Below are positions 1 through 8,781 of a stretch of 50,093 bases of DNA, in pieces. The DNA comes from Anaerolineaceae bacterium (GTDB lineage Bacteria; Chloroflexota; Anaerolineae; Anaerolineales; Anaerolineaceae), in contig DATCUC010000264.1 of assembly GCA_036567625.1 (NCBI GenBank), forward strand, positions 1-50,093, read 5' to 3'. The position numbers were made by a program, and so were the translations under genes. How positions within the stretch are numbered: the first letter of the stretch is position 1; each line of letters starts with the position of its first letter. A model generated the notes under the pieces. That model did no database searches. It worked only from the letters and a program-made list of their open reading frames with translations, and was not told the origin of the DNA.

Positions 1-754
1 GCCCGGTGGGCGCGCGCTGCGCCGGCGCACGCTGGAGGTGACCCCCTATGCTGCCGGTGTGCGCGAATACGCCTCGGGAGATGCGCTGAACCGCATCCAC
101 TGGCCTACCACCGCGCGCAAAAATCGCCTGATGGTGAAAGAGTTTGACCAGGACCCGATGGCCGATGTGTGGATCTTGCTGGATGCCAATGACGGCGTGC
201 AGATCAACATGCCCGACGAAGCCGCGGAGGTTGACCTGGCGGTTGTTGAGAGGCACTGGATCTGGCGCCAGCAGCAGCGCGTGGAACTGCCCAACCAGAC
301 CTTTGAATACGCAGTCAGTGCAGCGGCTTCAATCGCCAGCTACTTTATGCGCGCTGGCCGCGCGGTGGGGCTAGCGAGCGCCGGGCAGGCATTTACTGCC
401 CTGGCGGCTGAGCGCAGCGAGCGCCAGCTTGGCAAAATCCTCGAAACGCTGGCTTATTTGCAGCCGTTGGGCGAACTGCCGATGATGGGGTTGATCCAGG
501 CGCAGTCGCCGCACTTGCCGCGCGGCAGTACGGTCATCGTGATAACACCCTCTTTGGACAAGATGATCGAGGCCGGCGTGGAAGAATTGCTGCGGCGAAA
601 CCTGCAGCCGATGGTGGTGCTGCTTGACCGGGTATCCTTTGGCGGCCGGCGGCATGCGGCGGATATGGTCACGCGGCTTCGCGCGCGGCGCGTGCCTGTG
701 GCGGTCATCCACCGCGGCGACGATATTCGCACCGCGATTGAAGCTGGTTTCTAG
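1..754 (+). CDS. DUF58 domain protein (vWA-like, MoxR-associated), 5'-truncated by the window edge
   Basis: The frame is open from the first bases of the window, so the track start at 38 is internal. 'VREYASGDALNRIHWPTTARKNRLMVKEFDQD' is the DUF58 signature block. The stop TAG is at 752-754. Confidence 0.75.
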   Translation, partial: PGGRALRRRTLEVTPYAAGVREYASGDALNRIHWPTTARKNRLMVKEFDQDPMADVWILLDANDGVQINMPDEAAEVDLAVVERHWIWRQQQRVELPNQTFEYAVSAAASIASYFMRAGRAVGLASAGQAFTALAAERSERQLGKILETLAYLQPLGELPMMGLIQAQSPHLPRGSTVIVITPSLDKMIEAGVEELLRRNLQPMVVLLDRVSFGGRRHAADMVTRLRARRVPVAVIHRGDDIRTAIEAGF

Positions 755-1272
755 CCAGTTTTGCGCGGCTGCGCCGCGTTGTGGCCCTGTTCAGCGTCCG
801 GATTGTCGCGCAGCAGTTCCACCGCGTGCGGCAGCACCGGAATGATCACCGCCAGGTTTTCCACGGCGGCTTTTGGACTGCCCGGCAGATTAATCACCAG
901 TGTGCGCCCGCGGATACCGGCAGCAGCGCGGGAGAGCATGGCATGTGGCGTCACCTTCAGGCTTTCCAGACGCATGGCTTCGGCTAAACCTGGGGCATTC
1001 TTTTCCATAGCCGCCAGCGTCGCTTCGGGCGTGACATCTCGCGGCGCAAAACCGGTCCCGCCGGTGGTGAGCAGAATGTCGGCCAGATCGCGGTCGCAGT
1101 ATTCAATCAGGGTGTCCCGGATGATCTCAAAATCATCCGGGATCACCCCATATTGGGTCAACTGCCAGCCCTGCCCCTGGATCAGCGCGGAAAGCGCCGG
1201 CCCAGAGAGGTCAGGGCGCTCACCCCGCGCCGAGCGGTCAGAAATGGTCAGCACGGCCACGCGGATGGTCAC
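751..1272 (-). CDS. mogA: Molybdopterin adenylyltransferase, MogA/MoaB family
   Basis: 173 aa. The blocks 'VLTISDRSARGE', 'LTTGGTGFAPRDVTPEAT' and 'LVINLPGSPKAA' match MogA-type Moco biosynthesis proteins. The GTG start overlaps the upstream stop (GTGA). Confidence 0.8.
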   Translation of the reverse strand: MTIRVAVLTISDRSARGERPDLSGPALSALIQGQGWQLTQYGVIPDDFEIIRDTLIEYCDRDLADILLTTGGTGFAPRDVTPEATLAAMEKNAPGLAEAMRLESLKVTPHAMLSRAAAGIRGRTLVINLPGSPKAAVENLAVIIPVLPHAVELLRDNPDAEQGHNAAQPRKTG

Positions 1273-3044
1273 GCCATCTCCTCATCGCCAACCACTTTCT
1301 TCCAAGGGCCATGAATGCCGTCTTGCGTGACGCCAAAATACCAGCGAATGCCCTGCGGCGTGCGCTGCGCCAGGTCATAGTGCGTTGACTTGCCCTGTTT
1401 GTAGCGTCGCAGAAGGCCAAAATCGCCGTGCCACTGCGCCTGAACTTCGTTCACTTCGGGGGCAATTTCGCAGTAGCGCGTGATGGCGTAGTGCCACAGG
1501 CGGCGGGCTGAGCCCTTCGTCACATTCTTGACCATATTGCCGTTACGCAGATCGCGCATAGTGTAATACTTACCGCCCTGGCGTTCTTCGGGGGGCAGCA
1601 CTTCCACGCCGGTGCGCGGCGAGATATCATCACCATTATCCAGGGTCAAAGGTTGGGGAGGTGTTTCAGGTTCTACCTGGCTGATGGGCGTAACCGCCGC
1701 GGCCGGCGCGGCGGCGCTGGATTGGGCCTTGGGCTGCGCATTCTTGCTGCGTAGCACCAGGCCAACAATTTCATCACGGACTGCCAGGCCGGTTTCAGCT
1801 TCGTCGCGCACGTAGATCTTATTGTCATCCACCGCGTAAGGCGGGTCGTCGCCGCGCTGGATCAGCGCGCGGATGATCTTCTTGCCTTTATAGTCCTGAA
1901 CATCGAGCGTGTACTGGATCGGCGGGCTGATGCGGTTGCTGATTTCTTTCTCCAACTGCTGCATTCCCTGTTCCGGCTCGAGCACGCCCACGGGCGGCTT
2001 GTGCGGGTCTTCGGCCAGGCCAATATAGAGCGTGCCGCCGTTGGTGTTGGCAAAAGCGCAGATATCGGCGACGATTGCATACAGTTTGCCGCCGCGCACG
2101 GTCATGCTGTCATGAAATTCCTGAACGATATTGGAGCCTTCTTCGAGAGCGGACTGGATGTAATCAAATACCGGTTCTTCGCGGAAGCGCCGCGGGCGCG
2201 TGCGCGAGAAATCGTTGCCGCGAAAAACCTCCAACAGGGCTTCAAAAGTCAACTCTGGGAGCAAAACTTCGGTCGTTCGGTCACCGACACCCAGGTTCTT
2301 CTTGCGCGTGGGATCGGTGGTCAGGCGGTGCGAATCTGAGCTTTGAATGCAGTGCATGCGGCGCGGATACTCCGGTTTTGCGCCGTTGAAGAATGCCGCG
2401 GTAGAGCGTGCCCCTTTCAGCTCAAGGTCGGTGACTTCCAGGGCATGCAGGTTGGTATCCTGCGTATAGGCAATCTTGGTTTGGCCGCCAAAATTGAAGC
2501 CGCGCATGGCCACACCATTGCTCGAATTGGCATGCGCCGCAACGACCAGGCCACCGGCCTGGTTGATCATCCGGTAGGCGGTCAATACATCCGTGGTGGC
2601 GCCGACGGTGGCCGAGCCGTCATCCAGCAGGCTGGGGGGCACGTTCAGGCCGAGCAGCAAATGCTCGATCTCACGCACCGGCTTATCCGGCGAAAAAATA
2701 CCCAGGATATGGAATCCAAAGGTCGCGGTAAATTCGATCCCTGGCAGCACCAGGATTTTATCCATCAGACGCCGGTACTCTAAAAGCTTGCTGCGCTCTT
2801 CCGGCATGAGCCGGTTGAGTCTTTCCAGCATTTCTAACTGCTCGATCTCTTCACTCATGCGCCGGTAGCCGGCGATGGTGTTGTGATCGGTGATGGCGAT
2901 AATATCCAGCCCGCGGTTTTCCGCGCGCTGGAGAATATCCAGCATGGTTGTTTCCGGCTGTTGAAAGTCACTCGAAGCCGGGGTATGCAGATGTATATCC
3001 ATTGTGCGCCACTGCATCGGCGCGCGATTTTGTTTTCTTGCCAC
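1269..3044 (-). CDS. PHP-domain phosphoesterase fused to an AlbA_2/Schlafen-type putative DNA-binding domain and an unknown C-terminal domain
   Basis: 591 aa. PHP metal-ligand motifs are '[12 protein letters not shown]', 'IAITDHNT', 'VAAHANSS' and 'IQSSDSH'. The central block 'NIVQEFHDS...[19 protein letters not shown]' is typical of AlbA_2 domains. A Pro/Ala-rich linker is followed by about 110 aa of unrecognised sequence. GGAGA lies 7 nt upstream of GTG 3044. Confidence 0.7.
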   Translation of the reverse strand: MARKQNRAPMQWRTMDIHLHTPASSDFQQPETTMLDILQRAENRGLDIIAITDHNTIAGYRRMSEEIEQLEMLERLNRLMPEERSKLLEYRRLMDKILVLPGIEFTATFGFHILGIFSPDKPVREIEHLLLGLNVPPSLLDDGSATVGATTDVLTAYRMINQAGGLVVAAHANSSNGVAMRGFNFGGQTKIAYTQDTNLHALEVTDLELKGARSTAAFFNGAKPEYPRRMHCIQSSDSHRLTTDPTRKKNLGVGDRTTEVLLPELTFEALLEVFRGNDFSRTRPRRFREEPVFDYIQSALEEGSNIVQEFHDSMTVRGGKLYAIVADICAFANTNGGTLYIGLAEDPHKPPVGVLEPEQGMQQLEKEISNRISPPIQYTLDVQDYKGKKIIRALIQRGDDPPYAVDDNKIYVRDEAETGLAVRDEIVGLVLRSKNAQPKAQSSAAAPAAAVTPISQVEPETPPQPLTLDNGDDISPRTGVEVLPPEERQGGKYYTMRDLRNGNMVKNVTKGSARRLWHYAITRYCEIAPEVNEVQAQWHGDFGLLRRYKQGKSTHYDLAQRTPQGIRWYFGVTQDGIHGPWKKVVGDEEMA

Positions 3045-3088
3045 AGGTTTTCTCCAGCGAAAGCCAGGCTGCTGATCGTTCCGGCGGG

Positions 3089-3457
3089 TTACAAGTGATG
3101 CGCAAGCTGCTCGCGTATGATGGCAAGCAGATCATCCGGCATGTATGGTTTCATCAGAAACGCATTCGCGCCGGCAGCAGCGCACCGCTGGCTGTAATCC
3201 ATCCCAGAAGACATAATCACCAGCACGTCTTTCAATTGGTGGTTCTGGCGAATCTGGCGCATGATTTCCAATCCATCGGCAAAGCGAAGATGCACGTCAA
3301 GAATAATGATATCGGGCGGCTGTAGTTCCAGCGCAGCCAGAATTGCTTGCTCATTCTCTTGCCCAAAGATTTCTGCCGAGTATCCCTCCAGTTCGAGGAG
3401 TGTTTTCAGCAGGGTTTGGGTCGAACGGTCATCATCGACCAGGCCAATCAGTGTCAT
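3089..3457 (-). CDS. Single-domain response regulator (CheY-like receiver)
   Basis: 122 aa. It has the acidic pocket 'LVDDD', the phospho-acceptor context 'IIILDVHL' and a conserved Lys in 'FLMKPY'. There is no output domain. The ATG overlaps the lon stop (ATGA). Confidence 0.85.
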   Translation of the reverse strand: MTLIGLVDDDRSTQTLLKTLLELEGYSAEIFGQENEQAILAALELQPPDIIILDVHLRFADGLEIMRQIRQNHQLKDVLVIMSSGMDYSQRCAAAGANAFLMKPYMPDDLLAIIREQLAHHL

Positions 3458-6045
3458 TCAGCCGGATTCTCGTCTTTTTCCATCGCGGTTTGACCGGTTG
3501 CCAGGCCTTCCAGCGGCTCTTCGAATGCGTTTGCCAGCACTTCGCTCACCATATCGACCGGGATAAAGTGCATCGAATCGCGAACTTCTTGCGGAAGATC
3601 GTCTAAATCGGCGGCATTGTCGCGCGGCAGGATCACAGTTTTGAGACCCGCGCGGCGCGCAGCGAGCATTTTCTCTTTAATGCCGCCAACCGGGAGCACC
3701 TGTCCGCGCAGGGAAATTTCGCCGGTCATGCCAACGGTGGGCGAAACGACGTGCTGCGTGAGCAGCGATACCAGCGCGGTAGTCATGGTGATCCCGGCAG
3801 AAGGGCCGTCTTTGGGGGTGGCGCCAGCCGGAATGTGCAGATGGATATCGGTTTTTTCAAAAAATGCCGGGTCGATCTGGAGCTGGTTGGCATGCGAGCG
3901 AATATAAGACAGCGCGGCTTGCGCTGATTCTCGCATCACATCTCCCACAGACCCGGTGATCATGAAGCCCTTGCTGCCCGGCATTTGCGTGGCTTCGATG
4001 AACAATACTTCCCCGCCCACCGGCGTCCAGGCCAGCCCGGTGGCAACACCGGGGATGGATGTTCGGCGGGCAACTTCCTCGTTCTCCACAAATCGAGCGC
4101 GGCCGAGCAGTTCGCGCACCGATTCGGCGGTAATCAACATCTTCCCGGCCTGTCCTTCCGCAAACCGGGTGACTACTTTGCGGCAGATACCGCCAATTTG
4201 CCGCTCCAATTCGCGCACACCGGCTTCGCGGGTGTAGTTGCGCACTATGGTTTGAAGCGCCTCATCACTGAATTCGATTTCGCCGGTATGCAGGCCGTTT
4301 TCCCGCATCTGGCGCGGAACCAGGTAGCGTTTGGCAATCACCAACTTCTCGCCCTCGGTATAACCCGCAATCTGGATCACTTCCATGCGATCCAGCAGGG
4401 GGGCGGGGATAGTGCTGAGCTGGTTGGCGGTGGTGATAAACATCACCTGCGAAAGATCGAACGGAACCTCGATGTAGTTATCGCGGAACTCAACGTTTTG
4501 TTCCGGGTCTAATACTTCCAGCAGCGCGGAAGCCGGGTCGCCGTGAAAGTCAAAACTCAGCTTGTCGATCTCATCGAGCATGAACACCGGGTTACGAGTT
4601 TCCACCCGCCGCAGCGCCTGAAGAATGCGCCCGGGCATAGCGCCAATGTATGTGCGGCGGTGACCGCGAATTTCGGCTTCGTCGCGGATGCCGCCCAGAG
4701 AAACGCGGATGAACTTACGTCCCAGGGCGCGCGCAATCGACTGGCCCAGCGAGGTCTTGCCCACACCCGGCGGGCCAACAAAGCACAAGATCACGCCTTC
4801 GCGCTCGCGCCGGATGCGGTCAGCGACCGGCTCGCTGTTTTCTTCATTCTTGCGTTCCAGGCGCAGCTTGCGCACCGCCAGGAATTCGAGAATACGGTTT
4901 TTCACGTCTGACAGGCCGTAATGGTCCTCTTCCAGCACCGCGCGAGCATTGGTGATATCGAGGTTATCCGGCGTGGACTTGCTCCACGGCAGGCTGGTAA
5001 GCCAATCCAGGTACGTGCGGATGACGCCGTATTCCGCGGCAGCCGTTGGCAAGCGCGAGAGACGCGATAGCTCGCGCTGCGCCTGCTTCGAGGCTTCATC
5101 GGGCATGCTGGCTTCGCCCATCTTGCGCCGGAACTCTTCTATATCCGCGGTCTGCTCGTCGCCTTCCCCCAATTCTTTTTGGATCGCCTTCAACTGCTCG
5201 CGCAGGAAGTAATCGCGCTGCACCTTTTCGATCTCGGAACGGGCCTCATTCTGGATCTTCTGGCCCAACTCCAGCACTTCGCTCTCGCGGGTGAGAATGC
5301 TGACCAGGCGGCGCAGTTTATCGCTGATCGAGTCCAGCTCCAGGATGGCCTGAGCTTCTTTCAGATCCATGCGCTGGAAATTGGCGATGGTATACACCGT
5401 TTGCAGCGGGTCGGTGATCGCGGAAATCGAGGCAGCCACCTCGCGCGGAATGGAGGGAATCATCTCGGCAATATGCTCGAACTGGTCGCGCGCATTGCGC
5501 GCCAGCGCTTCCACTTCCAGCCCGGTTTCGGTCACTTCGGGGCGCGGGGTGATCTTTGCCTGCAGGTAGGGTTCGGTGTTGGTGAATTCATCCACCGTAA
5601 AGCGCCCGAGGCCCTGCACCAGCAAACGGATGGTGCCATCTGGGGCGCGGAACAGGCGGTGGATGGTGGCCACGGTACCCACCGAGTAGAGATGTTCAGG
5701 ACCGGGGGCTTCCAGTTCGGGGTCTTTCGAGGTGACCAGGCCGATCATGCGCTGGTCAGAAACCGCGTCGTCGATCAGGCGAATGGAACGCGGCTGGCCA
5801 ACGGTGAGCGGCACGACCGTCTGTGGGTACACTACCAGCCCGCGCAGCGGCAGGATAGGAAGTTGCTCCGGCAAATCCAGGTTCTGGTCGCCGGCAGCGC
5901 GGATTTCTTCTTCGAACTGCTCGGTTGCGTCGCTGAATGGATCGGGGATTTGAAAACCGGCCAGTTGATCGGAAAACCGGCCTTCATGTTCCTCAATCCA
6001 GCGAAGGATATTCATGTAGTTTGTATTCCACCGTGATGCTGCCAT
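3454..6045 (-). CDS. lon: ATP-dependent Lon protease (endopeptidase La)
   Basis: 863 aa. It has the N-terminal LON substrate domain ('[13 protein letters not shown]'), AAA+ Walker A 'GPPGVGKTS', Walker B 'FMLDEIDK', and the proteolytic Ser site '[11 protein letters not shown]' with downstream 'GGIKEK'. The start could also be the internal Met at 6015. Confidence 0.95.
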   Translation of the reverse strand: MAASRWNTNYMNILRWIEEHEGRFSDQLAGFQIPDPFSDATEQFEEEIRAAGDQNLDLPEQLPILPLRGLVVYPQTVVPLTVGQPRSIRLIDDAVSDQRMIGLVTSKDPELEAPGPEHLYSVGTVATIHRLFRAPDGTIRLLVQGLGRFTVDEFTNTEPYLQAKITPRPEVTETGLEVEALARNARDQFEHIAEMIPSIPREVAASISAITDPLQTVYTIANFQRMDLKEAQAILELDSISDKLRRLVSILTRESEVLELGQKIQNEARSEIEKVQRDYFLREQLKAIQKELGEGDEQTADIEEFRRKMGEASMPDEASKQAQRELSRLSRLPTAAAEYGVIRTYLDWLTSLPWSKSTPDNLDITNARAVLEEDHYGLSDVKNRILEFLAVRKLRLERKNEENSEPVADRIRREREGVILCFVGPPGVGKTSLGQSIARALGRKFIRVSLGGIRDEAEIRGHRRTYIGAMPGRILQALRRVETRNPVFMLDEIDKLSFDFHGDPASALLEVLDPEQNVEFRDNYIEVPFDLSQVMFITTANQLSTIPAPLLDRMEVIQIAGYTEGEKLVIAKRYLVPRQMRENGLHTGEIEFSDEALQTIVRNYTREAGVRELERQIGGICRKVVTRFAEGQAGKMLITAESVRELLGRARFVENEEVARRTSIPGVATGLAWTPVGGEVLFIEATQMPGSKGFMITGSVGDVMRESAQAALSYIRSHANQLQIDPAFFEKTDIHLHIPAGATPKDGPSAGITMTTALVSLLTQHVVSPTVGMTGEISLRGQVLPVGGIKEKMLAARRAGLKTVILPRDNAADLDDLPQEVRDSMHFIPVDMVSEVLANAFEEPLEGLATGQTAMEKDENPAE

Positions 6046-6056
6046 GTAGGCTCAAT

Positions 6057-6383
6057 TCATTCTTTCGATATTTTGATTTGTTTTGGCTGTGCTTTGGGCA
6101 GACTGATGCGTAAGAAACCATCAACATATTCTGCCTGAGCCTGATCGCGTTCAATGTTCGCGGGTAGTTCTACCTGGGTAATAAATTCGCCAAAATGGAT
6201 TTCCATCTGATGAAAGGCTTTGCGCTCGCCGCTATCGGCTCGGGTTCCGCGAACCGTGAGGATATTTTGATCCATACTGATCGAAAAATCGGCTTCATTC
6301 ATGCCGGCCACTTCAACGCGGATAATATAACGATCTTCGATTTCGATCACATCGGTTGAGGGACGCCATAAATGCGGGCGCAT
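6057..6383 (-). CDS. Hsp20/alpha-crystallin family small heat-shock protein (short N-terminal arm)
   Basis: The alpha-crystallin core runs 'WRPSTDVIEIEDRYIIRVEVAGM...GFLRISLPK'. I chose ATG 6383 because GGAGGA lies 6 nt upstream. The longer track ORF (start 6482) begins inside an AT-rich promoter-like stretch. Confidence 0.75.
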   Translation of the reverse strand: MRPHLWRPSTDVIEIEDRYIIRVEVAGMNEADFSISMDQNILTVRGTRADSGERKAFHQMEIHFGEFITQVELPANIERDQAQAEYVDGFLRISLPKAQPKQIKISKE

Positions 6384-6521
6384 GGTGATCCTCCAATCAA
6401 CAAAACCGGATTCAGCCAGGGGGTGACTGTTGACCCGGTCATCCCGGCGAGCGTTTTGGGATCGTAGATTAACAATAATCATTTTTATTTTCCGTCAAGC
6501 GCTGCCCAATCCAATTTTCAG

Positions 6522-6594
6522 CGCCCCTGGTGAGATTCGAACTCACAGCCAATAGCTTAGAAGGCTACTGCTCTGTCCATTGAGCTACAGGGGC
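6522..6594 (-). tRNA. tRNA-Arg (anticodon TCT)
   Basis: The reverse complement folds as a cloverleaf. It has acceptor GCCCCTG/CAGGGGC, D arm GCTC-AATGGAC-AGAGC, and anticodon stem GTAGC/GCTAT with loop CTTCTAA (anticodon TCT). It also has a 5-nt variable loop, T arm GTGAG-TTCGAAT-CTCAC and discriminator G. CCA is not encoded. Confidence 0.9.
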
Positions 6595-6626
6595 TCATTC
6601 TAGACTCATTTTATCACAAACAACCC

Positions 6627-7061
6627 TTAACGCTGCGTGGGGCGGATGCCCTTATAGACCTGAGGGCCGGCGATGGTGCGCAGAATGGTATCGGCCGGGC
6701 GGCCGATTTTTTCCGATAGCTCCACCGGCGTGAGGGGCTGGTTGCCATTGGCTAGAAGCTCGCGAAAGACGCCATCCACCACGGTGGTGTAGCTCTCGCG
6801 AAAGTCAGATTGCCTGGCGCAGTGACTGATCAATACATGCTGCAGACCATCCACTGCGGTGATCTCGGCAGTTTCCGGGTCGATCCAGTCGATTTCGACA
6901 TCATCATCCATATTGGCATAGCTGGCCTGGTGATCGGCGCACAGCATATCATGCAGATAGATATGCCAGTTGCTGTCGTGCTTCTTCCACCAGTCAAAAT
7001 CGATGTGAAAGGGGGTATCTTTCGTCGGTTTTACCAGGCTAAACCTTTTGGATTCAATCAT
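6627..7061 (-). CDS. Hypothetical protein (144 aa), translationally coupled to the upstream gene
   Basis: ATG 7061 overlaps the stop of the 534-aa gene in the sequence ATGATTGA. No family was recognised. The C-terminal segment 'LTPVELSEKIGRPADTILRTIAG' looks like a winged-helix recognition unit (weak). Confidence 0.5.
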   Translation of the reverse strand: MIESKRFSLVKPTKDTPFHIDFDWWKKHDSNWHIYLHDMLCADHQASYANMDDDVEIDWIDPETAEITAVDGLQHVLISHCARQSDFRESYTTVVDGVFRELLANGNQPLTPVELSEKIGRPADTILRTIAGPQVYKGIRPTQR

Positions 7062-8658
7062 GCGTATTTTCCTCTTGAATGTTCTCATTCAGGCGGAAGT
7101 ACAGATCGCCCATGTGCGATGACCAGGGCCGGTCGACCAGCAGGCTCAAGATTGGGCCGGGGGGCGTGCGGCGCACCAGGTTGACAGTGGCATACAGATC
7201 CTGCGCGTGGACGCTGCCCTGCGGGTTGAGCTTGGCTAACTCACGCATCATGCTAATGACGGTATTTTCCAGCGGGCCGCGGCTCTTTGCGCCGCTTGTC
7301 CAAACCTGATCGAGGGCTTCGGGGTCGGGGATGGCAGTGGCGAGGTGATCATCGAACGTGGTGGTGATCAACTGCTTGAGCATCGCGAAGACCACGCCGC
7401 CATCCGCGCCAACCAGCGCGGTGCGAATCCACTCGCGCCCGGGCCGGCGCTTCTCGGCGCGGATGATGACTTCACCCTGAGTCTTGCCCTTCTGAATATG
7501 GATAATGCTGCCGGGGAAAATCCCTTGCGCAATATACCAATCGCGCAGGCCGTATGCGTAACCGTACTCGCGTACAATCCAGCCGTCAATCTTTTGGCCG
7601 CTGTCGCCATCAATAAAGGTGAAGCGCACGCGCGGCGATTCGTATGCGGTGGGCAGAAACGGATTGACCCGGCAGCAAAGCGGCAGGGTGCCAGCCCGCC
7701 AGTGCGCGAACACCAGCGCCACGCGCACGTCATCGGCATCCGGGTTAACCTCGCCGCCGGCGTTGGGCTCTAATTCGTCGCATACCAGCGGATCGAGTAA
7801 TTTCATTGCGCTGCGCACCCTTTCGGCGTCGTACGCGATCGGGCGGTATTTCAGCCAGGACGGCGGTTCTTTGACGGGATCGGGTTCGAGGCGGCGCAAG
7901 AACCACAGCACTTCACCCGACGGGCCGACTTCATCAAAGCGCCCATCTTCTTGCAGCGCCAGGTTAAGCGAGAACTCGGTCAGTTTCAGGTTGCTGTCGG
8001 ATGGTAACTCGATCTGGTCAAGAATGGCCTTGGTCGGCAGCGGGCCGCCACCTTCCATATCCAGCACGGCTTCAGCGAGGTTGAGGTGACCAATGTTCAC
8101 ATCGACTAGCAGCGCGCGCGGGAACCAGCGCCCGGCAATTCGCACCAGGTCTTCGTTGGCTTCCAGGGCTTCGGTTAACTGCCCCGCGATCTTCTGACCA
8201 AATTTCTTTATCACGTGGTCAGAGTTGAGCAGCGGATCATCAGACGCGATGGCGACCGGCTGGTTGAGCACATGCTCTTGCAGCCCGGCTGCGAACTGGC
8301 GTTTTTCGCCATTTTCGAAAGCGACAGCGATTACCGAAAACGGCGCAAATTCCGGGTTGCGGCCTTCGCGGACTGCGGTTACCTGGCCTTTTTCGTAACC
8401 GAAAGCGGGGAAAACGACCGTCTGCCCGGCCTGGTATTCATTCTTCGGCAGGTAGAGGTCGCCGCCGGCTTTTTGTTCTTTTTCCAGCGCTTGTTTTTCC
8501 GACCGGATGCGTTCGTCGACAACAGCGCGGGTTAATTCTTGAGGGGTTTGCGGCGTTTCGATTTCCAACAAGAAGTTATACAGAAACTCCAGGTCAGTAT
8601 CGAGGATTTGGAAGGTGTCCCAATAATCCGGTCGCAACGAGAGAGGAGCAATTGCCAT
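7054..8658 (-). CDS. Hypothetical protein (534 aa), no recognised family
   Basis: This is a long ORF with codon usage like its neighbours, and AAGGGA lies 10 nt upstream of the ATG. wHTH-like segments occur at both ends ('TPQELTRAVVDERI', 'ISMMRELAKLNPQGSVHAQDLYATV'). SH3-like beta stretches are also present ('QAGQTVVFPAFGYEKGQVTAV', 'FPGSIIHIQKGKTQGEVIIRA'). Confidence 0.6.
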   Translation of the reverse strand: MAIAPLSLRPDYWDTFQILDTDLEFLYNFLLEIETPQTPQELTRAVVDERIRSEKQALEKEQKAGGDLYLPKNEYQAGQTVVFPAFGYEKGQVTAVREGRNPEFAPFSVIAVAFENGEKRQFAAGLQEHVLNQPVAIASDDPLLNSDHVIKKFGQKIAGQLTEALEANEDLVRIAGRWFPRALLVDVNIGHLNLAEAVLDMEGGGPLPTKAILDQIELPSDSNLKLTEFSLNLALQEDGRFDEVGPSGEVLWFLRRLEPDPVKEPPSWLKYRPIAYDAERVRSAMKLLDPLVCDELEPNAGGEVNPDADDVRVALVFAHWRAGTLPLCCRVNPFLPTAYESPRVRFTFIDGDSGQKIDGWIVREYGYAYGLRDWYIAQGIFPGSIIHIQKGKTQGEVIIRAEKRRPGREWIRTALVGADGGVVFAMLKQLITTTFDDHLATAIPDPEALDQVWTSGAKSRGPLENTVISMMRELAKLNPQGSVHAQDLYATVNLVRRTPPGPILSLLVDRPWSSHMGDLYFRLNENIQEENTHD

Positions 8659-8781
8659 AAAACGATTATCCCTTACTGGCGCGGGCGGGAACCCACCGGC
8701 GCGCCATCAATTAAAATTCCAGACGGTATGGATTATACACTGTATTTTGATCAGGGTGGTACAGGCGGCCAACAGAAATCC

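Noticed and set aside
6431-6441. Palindrome TGACC-C-GGTCA in the hsp20 leader, considered as a heat-shock operator
   Set aside because: It has only 5-bp arms, which is expected by chance many times in 50 kb. It matches neither CIRCE (TTAGCACTC-N9-GAGTGCTAA) nor HAIR (CTTGAGT-N7-ACTCAAG) as I remember them.
6384-6482. Long form of the hsp20 ORF (141 aa, start 6482)
   Set aside because: It has no RBS. The ATG sits inside an AT-rich promoter-like element, and the added residues ('MIIVNLRSQNARRDDRVNSH...') do not resemble sHSP N-terminal regions. I retained it only as an alternative in the corresponding finding.
6522-8658. tRNA-Arg as the attachment site of a genomic island carrying the unknown gene pair
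   Set aside because: I saw no integrase, recombinase or transposase, and no obvious direct repeat of the tRNA 3' end by eye. The composition of the flanking genes is similar to the rest of the window.
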